From assembly GCA_015232575.1 (NCBI GenBank), contig JADFZL010000018.1:66264-130263 (forward strand): 64,000 nucleotides of DNA, read 5' to 3'. How positions within the stretch are numbered: the first letter of the stretch is position 1; every line of letters starts with the position of its first letter. Both the position numbers and the translations under genes were made by a program. This document shows positions 17,887-26,800 of the stretch, one piece after another. The notes beneath the pieces were generated by a model that saw only the letters and a list, made by a program, of their open reading frames with translations, made no database searches and was not told the DNA's origin. The DNA is from Candidatus Rifleibacteriota bacterium (GTDB taxonomy: Bacteria; Muiribacteriota; Ozemobacteria; Ozemobacterales; Ozemobacteraceae).

Positions 17887-20800
17887 ATGAGTACCATTAC
17901 AGGACTAACAGCGGCGCAAATTGCCGCTTTGTCGACGAGCGAAATAAAAAACTTAACTACTGATGATTTTCAGGCGATGACCACCACACAGGTCAAAGCT
18001 TTGACTACCACGCAGATAAGTGCCATTGAGTCTGAAGATTTGGTTATTCTTAACACCAAGCAGATTCAGGCTCTTCAGACATACAATATCAGAGCCATGC
18101 TGGCAAGCCAAATCAGTTCTCTTACCACGACTCAGGTTAAAGCGCTTAATGCTAATCAGGTTAAAGCTTTTACGACTGATCACGTAGCCGCCCTCTCCAC
18201 AGATCAGACACAAGCTATAGATGCCAGCGATCTTGCTGGTATGACCACCGCCCAAATTGCTGCCCTTTCTTCTGATCAGACTTCCTCCCTGACCACTCAA
18301 CAGGTCAGAACTTTGAGATCTGACCAGTTTGCAACATTTAACACCTCCGAAATTTCTACTCTATCATCAGATCAAACAGCTGCCCTGACCGCTGCTCAGG
18401 TCAAAGCTCTTTCAACTGAACAACTAAATGCCATCCAAACTACTGATTTCGCTGCTCTTGCAACTTCGGTTATCAGTGGCTTGACAACAACGCAAACTGC
18501 CAGCCTTTCTACTGACCACCTGAAAGGACTAACGACGGCACAGACAAAATCATTAACCTCAAAACAATTAGCTGTATTGGCTTACAGCAAAATTTCCTCC
18601 TTTGATACAGAAGATCTTGCAGTGTTATCGGCAACACAAATTGCCGGTTTTACCACCACTCAAATTCAGCAGGGGTTTACCTCTGACCAGATTCGTTCCC
18701 TCAGCACCACCCAGATTAAAGCATTTTCTATTACTCAGGCAAAAGCACTGTCAACTGATCAGATAGATGCCATGTCCAGCGATCAGATTGGAGCTATTGA
18801 TGCAACAGATTTAGCTGGAATGTCTTCCTCTCAGGTGGCATCTTTTTCGACAGATCAGCTATCAGGTCTTACTACTGGTCAAGTGAAATCTTTAAGATCA
18901 GATCAGCTGCGTGCTCTTAGCTCAAACATTGCCGCACTCTCTTCTGATCAATTGTCTTCGTTAACTGCCAACCAAATAAAATACTTGACAACAGATCAGC
19001 TTTTCAATGATTTGTCAAGCGATCAGATTCAAAATTTTTCGTCAACCCAAATTGCTGCATTAACTACAGCTCAGATTTCCTCTGGACTAACTACAGACAC
19101 ATTGAAAGCTTTGACCACTTCTCAAATGAAAGCACTCGGGCCAACGCAATTCCAGAGTTTGTCCGGCAGCAAAATTGCCTTGTTTTCAAGTGATCAAATT
19201 GCCGCTATAGATGCCAGTGATCTTTCATCTCTTTCTACAACTCAGATTCAATCTCTAACATCTGATCAAACAGCGGCTTTGTCAACACAACAGCTCAAGG
19301 CTTTAAAAGCCGCTCAAATTGCAGTTTTTGCAACAGAAGACATTGCCGCACTATCTACTGATCAAGTTTCCTCTCTTACAGACGCTCAAATTGCCGGACT
19401 TACAAGCGATCAGATTAATTCCATGTCGTCTTCTCAAATTCAATCTCTCACCACAAGGCAAGTTGCCTCAATTGAGCTTTTAGACCTCGCCAAGATTACA
19501 ACTGATCAGTTCCAGAATTTTACGTCGTCCCAATTGTCAGCTTTGACCTCCAATCAGATTAAATCCCTCACCACAAGCCAGGTAGCTGTTATCGCTACAG
19601 ACGACATTCAACAACTTACCAATGCTCAAATTGCCGTTTTGACCACTTCGCAGATTAATAGTGGTTTAACAACCGATCAAATTGTTGCATTGACAACTTC
19701 TCAGATAAGAGCCCTTAACTCTACTCAGGTAAAGGCTTTAACAACTGACAATATTGCAAAACTATCTACCGATCAGATTGTAGCTCTTGATGCTATTGAT
19801 ATTTCTGCGCTTTCAACTACACAGATTGCAAAATTATCCAGTGATCAAACCGCTTCTTTGACCACGGTTCAAATTAGATCTCTCAAATCTGAACAGGTAA
19901 GAAATTTCGGTACTGAAGACATTAATGCATTATCATCTGATCAGCTCAGAACGCTCTCTGCTGACCAAATAAAAGCGCTTACAACAGATCAACTGAAGTC
20001 TGGATTGTCAGCTTCAAATTTTGCAACCCTAACAACTGCTCAGATTGCTGCTTTGTCAACAGGACAAATACAATCCGGTCTAACAACTGACCAGATTACC
20101 GCCTTAACTACTTCCCAAGCGGCATCATTAACTGCTGCTCAAATCCGGAGTTTTTCAGATTCAAACATATCACTTTTTTCATCAGATCAAGCAAAATCCC
20201 TTCAGGCATCAACTATTGCAGCAATGTCAACATCACAACTTGCATCTTTTTCAACAGATGAAATCTCCGCCTTGACAGTGCAACAGTTAAAAGCACTAAA
20301 ATCTGAACAGATGCAAGCCTTTGGTACTGATGATATAAAAGCTTTTTCAACAGACCAAATCCAGGCACTAAGTGCAACCCAAATAAAAGCATTTTCCACT
20401 GATCAGTTAGTCAGTCTTAAAACTGATCAAGTTGCAGCTATGACAGGAGCTCAAATTGCTGCTATCACAACTTCAACCCTGAACTCTCTCTCAGACACCC
20501 AGATTGATGCTCTTACTACAAATCAAATGAAGTACCTCTCGATTGCACAACTTAAAGCCCTTACCACAGATCAGATAGCAGCTATCAACAGTTCTGATTT
20601 CCAAATTCTTTCTGGAACACAGCTAGCTGCATTCTCTTCATCGCAGATTAACCAAGGTTTTACCACTGAACAAATGGCTTCACTTACTACAACGCAACTA
20701 AGGGCTCTTAATTCTACTCAACTTAGAGCAATGACAACTGAAAACGTTGCCGCTCTATCATCTGATCAGGTTTCATATATTGCCGCTACTGGGATATCTG

Positions 20801-23800
20801 GTTTGACAACCGATCAAATTAGAGCTTTCTCTACTTCACAGGTTTCTGCGTTTACAACCATGCAGATAAAGATGCTGAACGCCACTCAAATTCAGTCCCT
20901 TGGAACTGATGATGTTCGTGCACTGAGTACAAACCTGGTTTCAGCACTTTCAGCTACCCAGATAAAAGCATTGGGAACATCACAGATAAAAGATGGTTTT
21001 ACCACAGATCATATTGTTTCTCTAACTACTACTCAAGTTGCAGCATTTACAACAAGTCAGGTGAATTCAGGTCTTACAACAACACAGCTTCAGAATATGA
21101 CTACCGACCAGATTAAATCTCTCGCTGCAACCCAGGTCAAAGCTATTACCACTGATGGCATAAAAGCTTTGACGACAGCCCAGGTAAAGGAAATTCAGGT
21201 TGCTGCTATTGCCAGCCTCACTACCGATCAAACGGCTATTTTGTCTACTGACCAGACTGCAAATCTGACTTTGTCACAAGTCAGGTCTCTGAGAAGCGAT
21301 CAAATTCAAGTAATGGGCACGGATGACATTCGCGCAATGTCAACTGATCAAATTTCTTCTTTATCTGCATCTCAGATAAAAGCGCTTACAACAGATCAAA
21401 CTGCATCTATGAAAACTGATCAGGTCGCAGTTCTTGGATCAACTCAATTGGCAGCATTTGAAACTACCGATCTAGCTAAATTTACAACTGATCAGATAGT
21501 AGCACTTTCGACCAGCCAAGTAAAAGCGTTTTCTGCTGCACAGATTGCAGCAATTACAACAACACAGCTTTCAGCCATGGAAACTGATGATTTAGCAGCA
21601 CTAACAACCACTCAAGTTTCAGCACTTACAACTGCTCAATTATCCAGTGGCCTTTCAACTGATCAATTGAAAGTGATGACAACAAGCCAGCTAAGAGCTC
21701 TTACAACCAGTCAGATTTCCGCCTTTTCTACCGACGACATTAAGGTTCTGTCAACCAATCAAATCAGTTCCTTCAACACTTCTGCAATTTCGTCCTTCTC
21801 TACCGACCAGATAGCTGTTCTGACAACCGATCACGTTAAAGCATTGACAACAGCCCAGTTGGCTTCTCTGAAAACAAGCCAGATTCGTGCACTTGATGCC
21901 GCTGACGTGGGCATTCTTAACTCTTCACAAATTTCAACTTTGAACGCATCTCAATTACGTGCTCTCACGACATCTCAAATTAAAAACGGTCTAACTACAG
22001 ATCAGATTGGTTCCTTGTCAACAACTCAAATTGCTGCATTAAATACCGAACAGATTAGATCAGGGTTAACTACTGATCATGTCAAACAACTTACAACAAC
22101 ACAATTATATGCCTTTTCTGCCGCCAACCTTGGGTCGCTGACCACTGATGCAATTAAAGTTCTCTCTACAAACCAAATGCTGGGGTTACACGCCAATTCA
22201 ATAAGCGGTCTCAGTACAGATCAGATAGCCATAATGAATACCGATCAAACCTCTACACTCACTTCTGTTCAGCTTCGCGCACTTACTACATCACAGATTG
22301 AGTCTTTCGGAACAGATGACATTAGGGGTTTTTCATCTAATCAATTAAATTCTCTTACCGCAACACAAATCAAAGCATTGACAACATCACAAATCAACAA
22401 CGGTTTATCTACAACTCAGTTTCAGAACCTTTCTCAGAATCAGATTGCTGCTTTTACTACATCTCAGGTGAAGGAAGGTTTGACGACTGATCAGGTTGTT
22501 GCCTTTACAACAAACCAAATATCTTCTTTGACAACTGCCCATATTTCGGCTATGGGAACTGATCAAATTAAAGCTTTTGAAACAACCGATCTTGCACTTT
22601 TCAATACCAGACAGATTGGTTCGTTAACTACAGCTCAAGTTCGCCAGGGATTAAATACAGATCAGATTTCAGTGCTTTCGACTGCCCAGATAACCGCACT
22701 TTCGACAAATGCAGTTTCAAGTTTAACAACTGATCAAATTGCAGCAATTGGCACAGGAAACCTTGCAGCACTTACAACTTCACAGATCAGAGCAATGACA
22801 ACTGACCAAGTGAAAAGTTTGAATTCAAACTCAGTTGTCGCAATGACTTCCAACCAGCTTAGAGCAATGACTACAAATCAAATACAGTCATTCACTACCG
22901 ATCAAGTTCAGCAACTTGGTACTTCTGGAATATCCTCTTTGACCTCGGTTCAGATTTCCGCTCTTACAACTGACCAGGTTAAAAATGGCTTAACTACAAA
23001 CCAGATTGAATCTATGAATACCGCTCAAATTCATTCAATGACCACTGCTCATATCAATGCAATGACTACTAACCAGGTCGCTGCAATTGAGACCGTTGAT
23101 CTTGCCGCAATGTCAACCGATCAAATACGTTCCATGACGACTGATCATATTCGCACAGGTCTTACAAACGCTCAGATGTCTTCTATTTCTACCGCTCAGT
23201 TCAGCTCTCTCTCTACCGATCAGATTCGTGCATTCTCTACAAGTCAGGTTGCTAACACTGGCACAAGAAATATTGCTGCAATGACTACAACTCAGGTGAC
23301 TGCACTTACAACCGATCAGGTTAAAAATGGACTTACATCCGCCCAGCTTAATACACTTACTTCAAATCAAATCAGGGCTCTCAGCACTGACAGTGTAGCG
23401 GCTCTCAGCGGCAGTCAACTTTCTGACCTTAATACCAGCAGTTTTGCAGCTATGAGTACTGTGCAGATTTCATCGCTGAATACAGATCAGATACAGAATC
23501 TTGGAAGTAACCACCTCGCTGCAATGACTACGACACACTTTTCGGCCCTTACAACCGATCAAATAAGGGCAATTACACCGGACAATGTTGCTGTAATAGG
23601 TACTTCAAAAATTCAAACATTGTCTACTACACAAGTTCAAGCCCTTACTACCAACCAGATACCTTCTATGACAACTGCTCAGATTGTCTCGTTGTCCACC
23701 AGTCAGCTGTCTTCAATGAAGACAGACCAGATTGCTGCAATTGAAAACGAAGATCTTATAAAATTGACCACAGCTCAAATAGCAGCTCTTACAACAGATC

Positions 23801-26800
23801 AAGTATCTAAAGGCTTGAAAAATGATCAGATAGTTGCTTTGACCACTGATCAGGCTAAAGTTTTGACAACAGCTCAGATTGCATCTCTTACAACATCTCA
23901 ATTAGCAGTGCTGGAGACCGTTGACTTAGCTTCGCTTTCTACTACTCAAATTCAGGCATTTTCTACAGAACAGGTAAGAAACGGCTTAACTGAAGATCAG
24001 ATTGCTGCCTTCTCTTCAAATCAAATAAGAGCTTTGTCCACAGTTAACCTGCAAGCTCTAAAGACTACCAGTGTTGCTGCAATACAAACTTCTGACTTTC
24101 AGGCAATGACTACCAGCCAGATAGCAGCGTTCACTACTGACCAGGTTGCAAGCGGTATCACCGTGGATCAGATAAAAGCTTTGTCAACCACTCAAATTAC
24201 TGCGCTTACATCAAATCAAATAACGGCAATGAGAAATGACCAGTTAAATGCCATTGAAACTGACGACTTCGCAAAACTCTCTACTTCTCAAGTAACATAT
24301 ATCACTACTTCTCAGATTAGAGACGCTCTTTCCTCGAGTCAATTGCAGGTTATGTCTTCGACTCAACTTAAGGCACTTACAACAGACCAGATTAAAGCAT
24401 TCTCTGCTGATCAGTTGAAACTGTTATCCACAAGTCAACTGGTTGAATTGTCAACCTCTCAGATAGAATCAGTAGAAACTGCAGATCTTGCAGCACTTAC
24501 TACTGATCAGATCAAATACATGGCTTCTAACCAACTCAGAGCACTTACTACAGATCAAGTTCGTTCGTTAACAGTTGATCAAATCAAAAATATTACAACA
24601 GACAAGCTTGCATCGCTAACGACCAATCAGATCAAAGTTCTCACTCAAGATCAAATAAAAGATGGACTCACCACCAACCAGATTGTTGCCCTCTCTACAA
24701 ACCAATTCAGAGCTTTAACAACTGATCAAGTCGGCTATCTGTCGGTTACTCAGGTAAGCAAAATCGAAAATGCCGATTTGGCTGCATTAACAACCGATCA
24801 GATAAAAGCCATGACAGAAGAACAGATTCGAGATGGAATTACAACTGATCAGGTATCTTCCATTACTACTTCGCAGATTTCTGCAATAGATACCAGTGAT
24901 CTTGCTGCAATGAAAACCACTCAGATTGTTGCATTAACTACCTCTCAGACCGCAGCTCTGTCTACTAATCAAATCAGGGCTCTTACTGCCGAGCAGATAA
25001 GCAAAATTGAAACCTCCGACCTAGCTGCAATGACCACATCTCAAATTAGTAATCTTAAAACTTCTCAAATCAATGAAGGCTTTACAACAGATCAGATCAG
25101 GTCTTTGACAACTTCTCAGTTCCAGGCACTCTCAACGGATCAGATTCCGTCGCTAACGGTTACTCAAGTCGCAGCAATTAAAACATCAGACTTGGCATCT
25201 CTTACAACAGTTCAAATTCAGGCATTGACTCCAGATCAGATTCAAGCATTAACAACCGACCAGATTACTGCCCTCACTTCCAATCAGTTGCCCAAAATCG
25301 AAACATCTGACCTGGCGTCATTAACAACCAGTCAAATTAAATCATTGACCACTACCCAGATGAGATATTTCACTACAGATCAAGTCAAAGCGTTTACACC
25401 TGACCAATTAAGAGCTATTGAAACTGATGATCTGAACGCAATGACTACCACTCAGATTGAGGCTCTTTCAACAACACAAGTCGTAGACGGTCTGTCAACA
25501 AGCCAGGTTAACACACTCTCTTCTACACTCCTGAAAGCGCTGACAACAGATCAGGTTGCTGCAATGACAAACGAACAGATTGCAAAAATTTCCACATCAA
25601 ATCTTTCTGCAATGCTGACAACACAAATTAAAGCTCTAAATGCAGATCAAACAGCCAGCCTTACCACAGATCAAGTTAAAGTGCTGACATCAAATCAGCT
25701 CGCAGCTATTGAAACAGCCGACATCTCCGGACTTTCGACATCTCATATCAAAATCCTGAGCACTTCACAGATAAAAGCCTTTACAACAGACCAAGTCAAA
25801 GCGTTTTCAGCTGATCAGTTAAGAGCTATTGAAACTGATGATTTGAACGCAATGACTACCACACAGCTTGAGGCTCTTTCAACAACGCAAGTCGTTGACG
25901 GTCTGTCAACAAGTCAAGTCAACGCACTTTCGTCTACACTCCTTAAAGCCTTGACAACAGATCAGGTTTCTGCAATGACAAACGAACAGATTGCAAAAAT
26001 TTCCACATCAAATCTTTCTGAAATGCTGACAACACAAATTAAAGCTCTAAGCGCAGATCAAACAGCCAGCCTTACGACAGATCAAGTTAAAGTGCTTACA
26101 TCAAATCAACTTGCTGCTATTGATACAGGTGATATCTCTGGACTTTCAACGTCTCATATCAGAATCCTGAGCACTTCACAGATAAAAGCCTTTACAACAG
26201 ATCAGGTCAAAGTGTTTTCTGCTGATCAATTAAGAGCTATTGAAACTGATGATTTGAACTCAATGACAACTAGCCAGATTGTAGCACTTTCAACATCACA
26301 AGTTGTTGACGGTTTCTCGACACATCAGATAAATTCATTGTCCTCAACTATCCTGAGAGCATTTACTACAGACCAGGTTGCTGCTCTGACAGATTCTCAG
26401 ATTGTAAAGGTTTCTGTAGCAAATATTTCTACAATGTTGACAACCCAAATCGAAGCTTTAACTCCAGATCAAGCTGCAAAACTTACCACTGACCAAATTC
26501 AGGCTCTGACATCTTACCAAATTGCAGCTATTGAAACTGCCGATATCGCTGCATTGACGACATCACAAATCAAATCATTGACATCATCTCAGGTAGCCTC
26601 TCTCGAAACAGAACAAATTGCTGCTTTGAGCGACTCTCAGCTTGCCGCTATTGAAACAGATGACATTTCGGCTCTTGATGTATCACAAATAGCAGCACTT
26701 ACGAGTGATCAATCACCGTATTTGACTACCTCTCAACTGGGGGTAATGACTTCCAACCAGATCAGAGCAATTGAAACAGATGATCTGGCAGTAATGACTT

